From contig CAZZCN010000003.1 of assembly GCA_964652975.1 (NCBI GenBank), positions 29,976 to 93,975 of the forward strand: a DNA stretch of 64,000 nt. The letters run 5' to 3'. The notes beneath the pieces were generated by a model. It was not told the DNA's origin, ran no database searches, and worked only from the letters and a program-made list of their open reading frames with translations. Numbering within the stretch: the first letter of the stretch is position 1; each line of letters starts with the position of its first letter. Positions 1 through 9,900 of this stretch are shown here, piece by piece. Source of the DNA: an uncultured Oscillospiraceae bacterium (GTDB taxonomy: Bacteria > Bacillota > Clostridia > Saccharofermentanales > UBA5734). The position numbers and the translations under genes were made by a program.

Positions 1-135
1 AAAAACACAAGAACTCATAAAAATTACAATACATAACGCAATTGTGATTATTCTTTTTAACATTTTTGTTTACCCCTTCACTGATTTAGATATTTATATT
101 CTAAACCTTTCTTTTTTCAACGGCCAAAGTGAATA

Positions 136-2238
136 CTACTTGGATACTAAAAAAACCGAGCTGACAGCTTTGAGCATTAACTCAAAATTCACCATGCCGT
201 TATTATATTTTATATTTCCTAAAGTTGATCTCTCATCATTATGTGGATTCCATATTTCAAAATCTTTTAAACCATTTATCGTAATATTGGATTTTATATC
301 CTTATCACTGCAATTTACAAAATAATAAATATCAGTGCCATCTTTAACCTTATGAATATATGAAAATACACCATCAGTATCCTCGTTTGTTTTAATTTCC
401 ACATCAAAAATCAAGGGACTTTTTTCAATTATCTCTTTCAATATTTCTTTTGTTAGATTCTCAATAAAATGCGCTTTGCCATTATGCCCTTTACTGTGAT
501 TACTTTCATTATTAAAGTCTCCAAAAATGTCATAAAGTATTTCTCTTAGCTCTTCTTCTTTTCCCTTTTCCAATGATTTAAACGCCAGCATACTCGTTGC
601 AATAATTGTGCCACCCTGTAAATAGAATTCTCTAAGTTTCTTGGCATTGCTTATACTCATCGTGCTTGACCCAGGTAGAATAAAAAGCTTATAGCTTTCA
701 AAATTTACTTCATTTTCAAGTGTAATCAGCCCATTTACAACCCTGCACTTTTCATCTAATGCCTCTGGGTGTATAAAAGTGTAATCTTTCCTGATATAGG
801 TTGAGAGGATTTCACCTATTTCCTGATAATCAAATTCTGCTGAATTAGGGCCACCTAAGTAGGGAGCTCCACCCCAATCAAAATGAAATACAGAGGTCAT
901 CCCATAGATTGGATATAACACTCCTATATCTGCAATATGTCTTCCCCTCTGTAATAGGTAAGAAACTTTTGCACAGTAGCGATTAAAATCATTTAGCGTA
1001 TCTTTATAATCATCGTTTCGATAAGATAATTCCGGCTTAAATACAATTTTATCGGGATTATCATTACTCCAAACAGAATGAGGAACTAACAAATTCATAC
1101 CCTTTGCAAACTGTTCCATTACCTCTTTATACATATCCTCAATTGAAGGATTCTGAGGCATTCCGCCAAAGCATTCTGACATTACCAGTTTTTTATCCCA
1201 ATTATACGCCGCACTACTTATGATTTTATATATTTTACTTGCTCTTCTTTTCGCAAAAACCTCGTCAAAGCCTGGAATGTCCTGATGCCTAAAGGACTTC
1301 ATTAAGTCCCCGGTCATACCGACAGGATTTAAAACCTCCTCTTGGTCAACGTGTCCTGTAAGGCTTATTTTGCGTTTTGTGCACCAATCCTGTATAACTT
1401 TAGGAAAGCCAATTGAATACAACTCTGCTCTAAAACCTAAAAGCATATTTCTTGCATAATGCGTTTCTTCTCCGATATCATACCAAAGACAAGGGTATAA
1501 AACTGCAGGACTAAACCCGTGCCGCATCATGAATTTTTCATTAAAATCCTCAGTCCACATTCTGCCGCTTGCACCATAAAATTGTGGTTCATCGTAGAAC
1601 GCACTATCTATGACATCTGGAAAATACTCTTTGAAGTTTTTGTAATATACCTCATGAGTTAATTCTATAAATTTCTCTACTGCAAAAGGATTTAAATAGT
1701 CAACCCTATCCCAGTCATCCTGTACACAACTAAAAATCATAACCTTCCAATTTTGCTCAGGTAAATGATAACGAACAAAATTGTTTTCCACAAAGTCTGC
1801 TAAATCAATTCTATTCTTTGATTCAGTATTAAAGGCTACGACAGCTAAGATTTTGCCCTGCGGCAGTTCAATATTGATTTCATCTTTTACTTCGTATTCA
1901 GTTTTCTCAAGCCTCTTTGCACACGCATCGGGATAATGCTTTTTAAGAAGCCCCCCTGCACTTCCACTTGGAAACCACCATTCATCATATAAACATATTT
2001 TAAGTCCCAGGTCTTTTGCTTCTTCTAAAACCACTTTATATGATTCTAAATATTCTTTTTGCATATATGGCAGGCAACAAGCGTCATATGGCAATATACC
2101 AAAGCCACCATATGACGTCAATTCTTTGCTTTTCTCCATAATCGTACGAATGCCTTCTTTTGTTGGCCTGTCATTCCAAAACCACAGTGGACGAGGAAAA
2201 TATTTAACCTTTGGTTCGTTAAAATCGTTATAATTCAT
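136..2238 (-). CDS. putative cytoplasmic glycoside hydrolase, family not assignable by eye
   Basis: 700-aa ORF with no signal peptide. The N-terminus 'PRPLWFWNDRPTKEGI..GGFGILPYD..LKICLYDEWWFPSG' resembles uncharacterised bacterial GH-like TIM-barrel proteins. AAGGTGATG lies upstream of the ATG. It is the last gene of the co-directional glycan block. Confidence 0.5.
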   Translation of the reverse strand: MNYNDFNEPKVKYFPRPLWFWNDRPTKEGIRTIMEKSKELTSYGGFGILPYDACCLPYMQKEYLESYKVVLEEAKDLGLKICLYDEWWFPSGSAGGLLKKHYPDACAKRLEKTEYEVKDEINIELPQGKILAVVAFNTESKNRIDLADFVENNFVRYHLPEQNWKVMIFSCVQDDWDRVDYLNPFAVEKFIELTHEVYYKNFKEYFPDVIDSAFYDEPQFYGASGRMWTEDFNEKFMMRHGFSPAVLYPCLWYDIGEETHYARNMLLGFRAELYSIGFPKVIQDWCTKRKISLTGHVDQEEVLNPVGMTGDLMKSFRHQDIPGFDEVFAKRRASKIYKIISSAAYNWDKKLVMSECFGGMPQNPSIEDMYKEVMEQFAKGMNLLVPHSVWSNDNPDKIVFKPELSYRNDDYKDTLNDFNRYCAKVSYLLQRGRHIADIGVLYPIYGMTSVFHFDWGGAPYLGGPNSAEFDYQEIGEILSTYIRKDYTFIHPEALDEKCRVVNGLITLENEVNFESYKLFILPGSSTMSISNAKKLREFYLQGGTIIATSMLAFKSLEKGKEEELREILYDIFGDFNNESNHSKGHNGKAHFIENLTKEILKEIIEKSPLIFDVEIKTNEDTDGVFSYIHKVKDGTDIYYFVNCSDKDIKSNITINGLKDFEIWNPHNDERSTLGNIKYNNGMVNFELMLKAVSSVFLVSK

Positions 2239-2272
2239 TTCATCACCTTGTTAAATGTTCCTTTTTTGTGGA

Positions 2273-3823
2273 CTATTCTCCACGAAAAGGATAATCAAAA
2301 GACACTTTCCCCGATAAAACAGGTTTAAAATCTTTACTAAATTTATATTTCTCATTAGGCTTAATTGAAACAGAAGTTTTTTTGTCTCCGACTGTTATTT
2401 CTACAGTTCTTTCAATCGTATCAATACCAATTAGTTCAATAACATTTCCCTCGAAATCGGTTACGACTCTTGCAAAGGCACTACATTCAAAAAGTCTCTC
2501 GCCATTCCTGAATCCACAAAATGTTGCTGCATCATTTTCTAAATAGTATTCATTTTCAAACCATGTTTGGCTATATCTATGTTCTCTGGTTGCAAAACTA
2601 AGTCCAGACCAATAAATAGTATTATTATTCATATGAATTCCGTACATTTTCGCAATATATTCCAATACTGCTAATATAGTAGGTCCATAGCCATCAAAAT
2701 CCTTGTTTTCTTTCAAAGAGGGTTCCATCGTAAACGGGTCAAATTGTTGGGTAAATACGCAGTACTTTCCAACTGCTTTAATTAGTTTTTCACCTAATAA
2801 TGTAACCTCGGCAAAGTGACCGTAATTTTCAAGTGCCATGATTGCTCTTTGATAGGTCAAACCTTCTGGTTGACCACTCCAATCATTATGTGAATTATTT
2901 CTAAAAAGCTTTTCGCTAATTGCAATAGATGGTAGGGGAAGTGGCGTCCAAAATTCATTTGGATTTAAAAGATGATATTTTATGAAGTTATCTGCCATGT
3001 CTTGTGTAAATGCACCGAAATACATGACACGCAAATTATTATGGATCAATACATCTAAAATCTCATTATTACAATCCCTGTCATAGCATGCATTTTTTTC
3101 TTCAATCCACAAATAACTTCTTATTTTTTCTTTTACTTCATCTGATTTTTTACGCCAATATTGTTCTTTCCCATTTTTTAAGATTTCAGAAATTACTGAT
3201 AGAACATACCTGCCGTTATATGAATAACCCATTAAGTCCATTGACTCATAAGGCAATTTCGCCTTTCCGTAGGGAGCGCTTTCTCCACCCCAACTGTTGG
3301 GGGCTTCATAAAATCTTGTGCTGAAATCTTCACCTGTATCCCATATACACCATACTTCAAGGCATCCGTCTCCATCCGAATCTCGATATTTCCAAAGATA
3401 ATTATCAAAGCCCACCAAAACATCATATAGTTTTTCGAGATAATCTTTATCTTCTTTTGCGAGAAAATACATATTGAATGCATGTGTTGGAAAACAATAA
3501 CCTTGAAGCCAATCATAATCACAGTGAATAGTACCATCGTTATTTAAAGATATCATTCCAGGTAGTCTTCCGTCTTCTCTCTGATTATTCATAAAAACAA
3601 GTTGGTTGTTTACAGCTATCTCAATATTTCTTTTTGCATACATTTCTCCACCCATTGGCTGGGTTTCAAGCCAAACGTTTGGATATAAGGATGTGCCCTC
3701 GGTAAGTACATTTACATCTCCAAATTTAGCTATATTTTTGCTAATTTTAATTTCTGCTTCATCAAATAATTTTTGAATAAAATTATTTGATGCTTTAAAC
3801 GAGACATGTGATTCTTTAAACAT
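2273..3823 (-). CDS. (alpha/alpha)6 six-hairpin glycosidase, GH63/GH37-like
   Basis: The ORF track starts at 3853, but the first 10 codons lie inside the 3837..3870 hairpin. The ATG at 3823 is preceded by AAAGGAGAAAT. 'DGDGCLEVWCIWDTGEDFSTRF' fits the acidic x-G-x-D-x-S-x-R motif of trehalase/GH63-type enzymes. No signal peptide. Confidence 0.55.
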   Translation of the reverse strand: MFKESHVSFKASNNFIQKLFDEAEIKISKNIAKFGDVNVLTEGTSLYPNVWLETQPMGGEMYAKRNIEIAVNNQLVFMNNQREDGRLPGMISLNNDGTIHCDYDWLQGYCFPTHAFNMYFLAKEDKDYLEKLYDVLVGFDNYLWKYRDSDGDGCLEVWCIWDTGEDFSTRFYEAPNSWGGESAPYGKAKLPYESMDLMGYSYNGRYVLSVISEILKNGKEQYWRKKSDEVKEKIRSYLWIEEKNACYDRDCNNEILDVLIHNNLRVMYFGAFTQDMADNFIKYHLLNPNEFWTPLPLPSIAISEKLFRNNSHNDWSGQPEGLTYQRAIMALENYGHFAEVTLLGEKLIKAVGKYCVFTQQFDPFTMEPSLKENKDFDGYGPTILAVLEYIAKMYGIHMNNNTIYWSGLSFATREHRYSQTWFENEYYLENDAATFCGFRNGERLFECSAFARVVTDFEGNVIELIGIDTIERTVEITVGDKKTSVSIKPNEKYKFSKDFKPVLSGKVSFDYPFRGE

Positions 3824-3836
3824 ATTTCTCCTTTTC

Positions 3837-3870
3837 AAATCAGCAAAGGTCAAAAGACCTTTGCTGATTT
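3837..3870 (-). terminator. 13-bp-stem hairpin between the 987-aa gene and the GH63-like gene (possible internal attenuator/terminator)
   Basis: ATCAGCAAAGGTC-AAAA-GACCTTTGCTGAT is a perfect inverted repeat flanked by A/T runs. There is no long U-tract on the minus strand, so strength is uncertain. Confidence 0.45.
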
Positions 3871-3885
3871 TGAAAATTAGTTTAA

Positions 3886-6849
3886 TTAACTTATGCTGAT
3901 ATTATCCATATATAATTTATCTGTGAGGCTTATATTATGAACTGTGAACTGAATATATTTTCCTGAAGAATTTGCTTTAACTGTAGTGTTAATTGTAACC
4001 TCAGTCCATGTTCCGCTTGCCAATCCTGTTGCAGCAAAACTTCCATCCGGTTTAACAATGTTAATAGTTCCATTGCTCCCATCAACATACATATACACTT
4101 TTGCAGAAACATTGTCACCGGCATTAAAATTATTCAGTAATGAATTATTAAAGATTGATATTGTACTCCATCCATCGGAACTATTAGAAAATTTTAATGA
4201 ATGTGTACCACTATAAGCTCTTTCAGTGCTTAATGAAAGTAAACCATTATTGTTTACAAAGTCGCTCTTGCTAAATGAATAACCTTCAAAATTACATTTT
4301 GTAGGTTTAATGCTGATATTATCAAAATAAACCTTATCTGATAGAACTGCATTGTGAATGGTAAATCGAATATACTTCCCGATCGAATTTTGCCCAACGG
4401 TAGTATCGGCTGAAACCCCTATCCATTTTCCACTTTCCATGTAGGTTAGAGCAAAAGTATCATCTGCCTTCACAAGATTAATTGTTCCGTTATTTCCATC
4501 AATATACATATTCATTTTAACATTAATTGCATCACCAGTACTATAATTTCTAAGCAATTCATTATTGTAGAATGTCAGAACGCTCCAGCCATCAGGACTA
4601 TTTGTGAATTTGAGAGATTTTGTTCCTTGATAAGCTTTTTCTGTGCTTACAGAAAGACTACCGCTGCTATGGGAATAATCATCCTCAGAGAATATGCCAC
4701 TTTCAAAAGTCCAATCAATTGGAGTGATGCTTAAATTATCAATATATACTTTATCATTTGCTAAAGCATCATTAACGATAAACTGAATGTATTTCCCTAT
4801 TGAATTCTGCTTTATTTCTGAATTGACAGTTAATTCAAGCCATTTACCGCTCTCTAATCCTGTATAAACAAAGTTTGAATTTGAATTCAATATATTTACA
4901 GCGCCATTGCTTCCATCGATAAACATATACATCTTTGCTCTGACAATATCTCCTACAGCATAATTACTAAACAGTTGTCTGTTATAGAAGGTAAGTACAC
5001 TCCAAGTATCACTACCGGTGAATTTCAGTGATTTTGTTCCTTCATATGCTTTTTCAGAACTGATAGAAAGAGTTCCGTTATTATGGGAGTAATCATTTTC
5101 TGTAAAGCTATTATTTTCAAAGGTCCAATCAATTTTTTCTACCGCTAAGCTATCAAAATAAACCTTATCCGTAGGAGTTGCATTATGAACAATGAACTGA
5201 ATATATTTACCAATTGTATTTTGCTTGACCTCGGTATTAACAACGATTTCATTCCAAATATTGCTTTGAAGCGAGGTTAAAGCAAAGTTGCCATCAGAAT
5301 TAACAATATTAACCGTACCTGAATTTCCATCGACCAATACATTTAATCTTGCTTTTACAATATCCCCAACCTGATAACTATTCAAAACATCTGCATTATA
5401 AAAGCTCAAAACACTCCATGTATCAGGACTTCCCGTAAATTTGAGAGATTTTGTTCCAGCATATGCTTTTTCGGTACTGATAGAAAGATTGCCGTTATTA
5501 TGAGAATAATCATTTTCTGAGAAATTAATATTTTCGAATGTCCAATCCATACTGGACACACTCATATCGTCAAAATATATCTTATCACTTGGTATCGCAT
5601 TGTGTATTGTTAACTCAAAGTATTTACCTACTATATTTTCCTTGACTGTGGTATTAAAAATAACTTCTGTCCATTTGCCATTTTCTAAATTATTAATGGC
5701 ATAATTACCATCAGCTTTTACAAGATTTATTGTACCATTGGTTCCATCAACAAAAACATGCAATTTTATTCTGATATTATTATTCACAGAGTAATTTTTA
5801 AGTAATGATTCATTATAAAATTTAATAGTACTCCATGTATCAGGGCTTCCAGTGAATTTCAGGGATTTAGCACTTGCATTGTAGGTCCTTTCGGTGCTAA
5901 CCGATAAAATGCCATTGTTATGAGAGAAATCTTCGTCAGAATAATTATAATTATCAAATGTCCAATCCATTGGAGAAACTTTTATATCACTTAAAAATAT
6001 TTTATCAGTTGGAGATGCATTATGTATGGATATTTTGATATACTTGCCTGTAGCATCTTCTCGGACATCTGTTCTGTCAATAGCCTCAACCCATTGGTTG
6101 CTTGGCAACTGGGTTAATGCAAAATTCCCATTCGCTTTCACAAGGTTTATAGTGTTAGAATTGCCATTGATAAATAGCTGCATTTTAATTCTGACTGTAT
6201 CTCCGCGAACAAAATCGTTCATCAAAGTTGCGTCTCTTAAAATGATATCTGTCCAAACGTCTCTACTGCCTGAAAGTTTTATACTTTGCTGACCGGGGAT
6301 ATAACTTTTTTCATTTGTAAAAAGCAATGCCCCATTTGATGCTTCTGCCAGATTAGAATAATAAATGAAACCTAATATTTGTTTTTTAATGCTAAGTAAA
6401 TCCAAAATAGATACACTGTTTTGCTTTATTATTTCAGCTGCTTTCAGATTTGATCCACTTAATAGTTGTATTTTTAATATATGCCTTTTAACTAAAACTA
6501 AATCTTGTACATCAGTTAGTCCGTCACCGTTTGTATCCCCGGGTGTAACAACTTCAAAATGAATTGTTGTACTATTATTTGAGCTGTCTGTTACTATAAG
6601 AGTATAGTTACCGGTTTTTTGAATTTTTGTTCCATTCGTAAATAGTTCTCCGTTTAGTGTTGCAGTGCCCTCATCAAAGGTTACTATGGCAGCCCCTCCT
6701 GTGCTGCCTTCTGTTACTCCTTGTACAACCGGCGGAGTTGTGTCTCCACCGTCTGCCGACACCGGAATTAAGGCGGTTGAAAAAATAAGTGCCAGAGATA
6801 CAAGCGCTGCTAATGACATTTTAAACCTTTTTAAATTTTTCCTTTTCAT
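3886..6849 (-). CDS. secreted multi-module glycan-binding protein: signal peptide, Ig-like module, dockerin-like module, 6 tandem CBM-like modules
   Basis: 987 aa. The signal peptide is 'MSLAALVSLALIFSTALIPVSADGG'. A dockerin-like loop 'DTNGDGLTDVQD' is present. Six ~138-aa repeats each end in 'DK[IV]Y[FI]D[ND][IL]S[IV]'. Confidence 0.8.
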   Translation of the reverse strand: MKRKNLKRFKMSLAALVSLALIFSTALIPVSADGGDTTPPVVQGVTEGSTGGAAIVTFDEGTATLNGELFTNGTKIQKTGNYTLIVTDSSNNSTTIHFEVVTPGDTNGDGLTDVQDLVLVKRHILKIQLLSGSNLKAAEIIKQNSVSILDLLSIKKQILGFIYYSNLAEASNGALLFTNEKSYIPGQQSIKLSGSRDVWTDIILRDATLMNDFVRGDTVRIKMQLFINGNSNTINLVKANGNFALTQLPSNQWVEAIDRTDVREDATGKYIKISIHNASPTDKIFLSDIKVSPMDWTFDNYNYSDEDFSHNNGILSVSTERTYNASAKSLKFTGSPDTWSTIKFYNESLLKNYSVNNNIRIKLHVFVDGTNGTINLVKADGNYAINNLENGKWTEVIFNTTVKENIVGKYFELTIHNAIPSDKIYFDDMSVSSMDWTFENINFSENDYSHNNGNLSISTEKAYAGTKSLKFTGSPDTWSVLSFYNADVLNSYQVGDIVKARLNVLVDGNSGTVNIVNSDGNFALTSLQSNIWNEIVVNTEVKQNTIGKYIQFIVHNATPTDKVYFDSLAVEKIDWTFENNSFTENDYSHNNGTLSISSEKAYEGTKSLKFTGSDTWSVLTFYNRQLFSNYAVGDIVRAKMYMFIDGSNGAVNILNSNSNFVYTGLESGKWLELTVNSEIKQNSIGKYIQFIVNDALANDKVYIDNLSITPIDWTFESGIFSEDDYSHSSGSLSVSTEKAYQGTKSLKFTNSPDGWSVLTFYNNELLRNYSTGDAINVKMNMYIDGNNGTINLVKADDTFALTYMESGKWIGVSADTTVGQNSIGKYIRFTIHNAVLSDKVYFDNISIKPTKCNFEGYSFSKSDFVNNNGLLSLSTERAYSGTHSLKFSNSSDGWSTISIFNNSLLNNFNAGDNVSAKVYMYVDGSNGTINIVKPDGSFAATGLASGTWTEVTINTTVKANSSGKYIQFTVHNISLTDKLYMDNISIS
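3889..6357 (-). repeat. six in-frame tandem coding repeats (~411-420 bp each) encoding a CBM-like module
   Basis: By hand count the modules start at aa 165, 294, 434, 573, 710 and 849. The recurring core is 'DWTFE..FSE.DYSHNNG.LS.S.EKAY.GTKSLKFTGS.D.WS...FYN'. Confidence 0.85.
6370..6540 (-). other. dockerin-like module (first F-hand intact, second degenerate)
   Basis: aa 104-160 read 'GDTNGDGLTDVQDLVLVKRHILKIQLL..AAEIIKQNSVSILDLLSIKKQILG'. Loop 1 matches DxNxDGxxxxxD. Loop 2 has lost the acidic ligands. Confidence 0.55.
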
Positions 6850-6906
6850 AGTTTTTTACATCCTTTCAAAATATTTATATTTAAGTTTTCTTAAATATCA
6901 TAATAA

Positions 6907-9900
6907 TTAACTGATAGAAATATTATCAAAATAAATTTCATCAGATGGTTTTGCATTGTGTACAATAAATTCCACATACTTCCCGAGTGCGTTATTCATA
7001 ACCTTGGATATAACTGTAACCTCTACCCAATTGGCGCTGACAATATTTGTTTGTGCAAAGTTTCCATCGGGTTTAACTATGTTTATTGTTCCACTACTGC
7101 CCTCAATGTACATATAAAACTTTATTCTTGAAATATTTCCTACATCTATTGAATCAAGGCCACTTAACCCATATAAATCTATGACACTCCAGCTATCCTT
7201 GCTGTTGGTAAGCATTAATGATCTACTGCTGTTGAAACCTCTTTTAGTGCTTATATATAAGTTTCCATTGGTGTTGGCAATATCCTCCGAATAGTATTTG
7301 TAATTTTCAAAGGTATAATCCACTGAGTTTTTAGAAGTTTTTTCAATGGTTATGTTATCAAGATAAACCTTATCCATTGGAGTCGCATTATTGATTATAA
7401 AGGTGATATACTTGCCAAGACCATCGTCTGCAATCACGCTGCTATAGGTAATAGAATGCCAGAAGTTGCTTTCAATCTTTGTTTTTATAAAAATATAATC
7501 ATCATTATTTTTCTTTACAAAATTAACTGTTCCTGTACTTCCGCTTATATATGCATTCAAAGAAATTGCAACATTATCTCCAGCCGAATAATCTCTTAAC
7601 AAATTATCATTATAGAATTTGATTACACTCCAGCCTTCAAGACTTCCTGTAAACTCCAGGGATTTATTGCTGTTAAACGCCTTTTCATTGCTAATATACA
7701 AATCACCATTGTTATGTGAAAAATCATTTTCTGATATATTGTAATTTTCAAATGTCCAATCCATTGATGTTATGGCAATATTATCGATATAAATTTTATC
7801 TGTAGCTAAAGCCTTATGAATTATAAATTCGGCATATTTTCCAAGAGCATTTTCTTTAACAGAAGATCTTACAATCACTTCTACCCATTTGCCACTTTCT
7901 AATTTTGACAAGGCAAAATCACCATCGGATTTTACTATGTTAATAGCCATATTGCTTCCATCAATATAAACATGAAGTCTAAGTCGAATTAATGACCCTA
8001 TAGATAATTTATTAAGTTGTGGCAAGTTATATAAATCGATTACACTCCAGTCATCTTTACTATTAGTTAGCAATAAAGATTTTCTGCTGTTATAACCTCT
8101 TTCACTACTGACAGAAAGAGTTCCGTTTGTATTTGAAATATCTTCTGAAAAATATTTATAGTCCTCAAATGAATAGTCAACAGGGTTTTTGCCTACCTTT
8201 TCGACTTTTATGTTGTCTATATAAATATTATCTGTCGGGGCGGCATTATTGATTGTAAAGGTTATATATTTTCCCAATCCGTCATCTGCTATAATGCTGC
8301 TATAAGTCAATGAATGCCAAAAGTTATTCTCAACCTTTGTTTTAATAAAAACATCACTGTTTTTAATCTTTTTCAAGAAGTTGACTGTGCCATTACTGCC
8401 TTCAACATAAGCATTTAAGGAAATAGCAACTGGATCCCCAATTGAATAAGTTTTCAACAAATCATCATTATAAAATTTTATGACGCTCCAGCCTTTAACA
8501 CTATTAGTGAATTTCAAAGAGCTTTTACTGTTATAGCCTTTAATATTACTAACAGAAAGATTTCCATTGTTATAGGAAAAATCATCCTCTGAAAATTTGT
8601 AGCCATCAAATGACCAATCAATAGGCGAAAAACCAATGTCATCAATATATATTTTATCATTTGGTTTTGCTTCGTTTATGGCAATTTGAATATATTTTCC
8701 AAATTTATCTTTTTCGACATATGCTCTGAAGGTTATTTCAATCCATTTATAATTATTGAGCTGATTTTTTATAAATATAAATTTATCAGAAGTTTTAGGC
8801 CATGCTTTTACAAAGTTTACAGTTTTATTGCTTCCATCAATATAGATAAACATTTTTATACCTAAAATATCGCCAACAGAATGGTTATCTAAAAGATTAT
8901 TGTTATAAAATTTTATCGTACTGAATTTATCCTTGCTTTGAGTTAATTCCAATGACTTATGACTATTATGACCTAAAGCATTAGTAATTTTTAATGATCC
9001 ATTTGAAGAAATAATATCATCCGCATAAAATGGATAATTTTCAAATGAGTAGTCAGCTATATTATTAACAATGTTAAATATACTTATATCATCTATATAT
9101 ATGGTATCGGATGGGACTGCCTCATTAATTGCAATTTGAATGAACCTACCCATACTTCCTTCTTGAACAGTCGCCTTAAACTGCAGTTCAATCCACTGTC
9201 CAGAGGATAGACTTTTCTGTATTATTCCAAAGTTGCCTTCTATATTTGGAGACCACTTAAATAAATTAATTTTATTGTTGCCCCCATCAATATAAGCATA
9301 TAGTTTCATGCCTACTGTAGATCCTTTTGCATATTTGCTGAAAGCCTTGTCATTATAGAACTTCAAGGTTGTAAAAGTATCAGCACTACCTGTGATTTTT
9401 AAAGACTTCTTACTGTTATGTGCTTTTTCTTCACTAACAACAATAGAACCATTGTTTTTTTCTATACTGTTCCATAAATATTGTTTACTTTCAAAAGTCC
9501 AGTCAGTCACATTATTAATAGTACTAATGTTCTCATTAGTTCTAAGAATATTGATATCACAAAAATATAGAGTAGTATCATAAGTAATCGTATCTGTTTG
9601 ATTTTTATAAGTTCCATTTTTATAGTTCATAGTAGTAATTTTCAAGCTAGGTTTCCCATTAACCATGAATAAGCTGTTTAATTCATTTTTATGTATAATG
9701 AGCTGAGACCATTCTTTCAATGGCAAATCATAGAATGCTTTTTTGTCATTTAAGATTATACTTGCAGGAAATTCGCTGTTATTGTAAACCCAGAAATATA
9801 CTAATTCTACATCATCAAATTTATCAATATTAAGATTTTTGAAATGTATTTCTGGCCATCTAGCTTCGCCTTTAGTAGTAAACAGCTTTAATGACCCATT

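Noticed and set aside
3824-3853. N-terminal 10 codons ('MTFADLKRRN') of the GH63-like ORF as given in the track
   Set aside because: These codons are the arms of the 3837..3870 hairpin. The downstream ATG at 3823 has a proper AGGAGA RBS.
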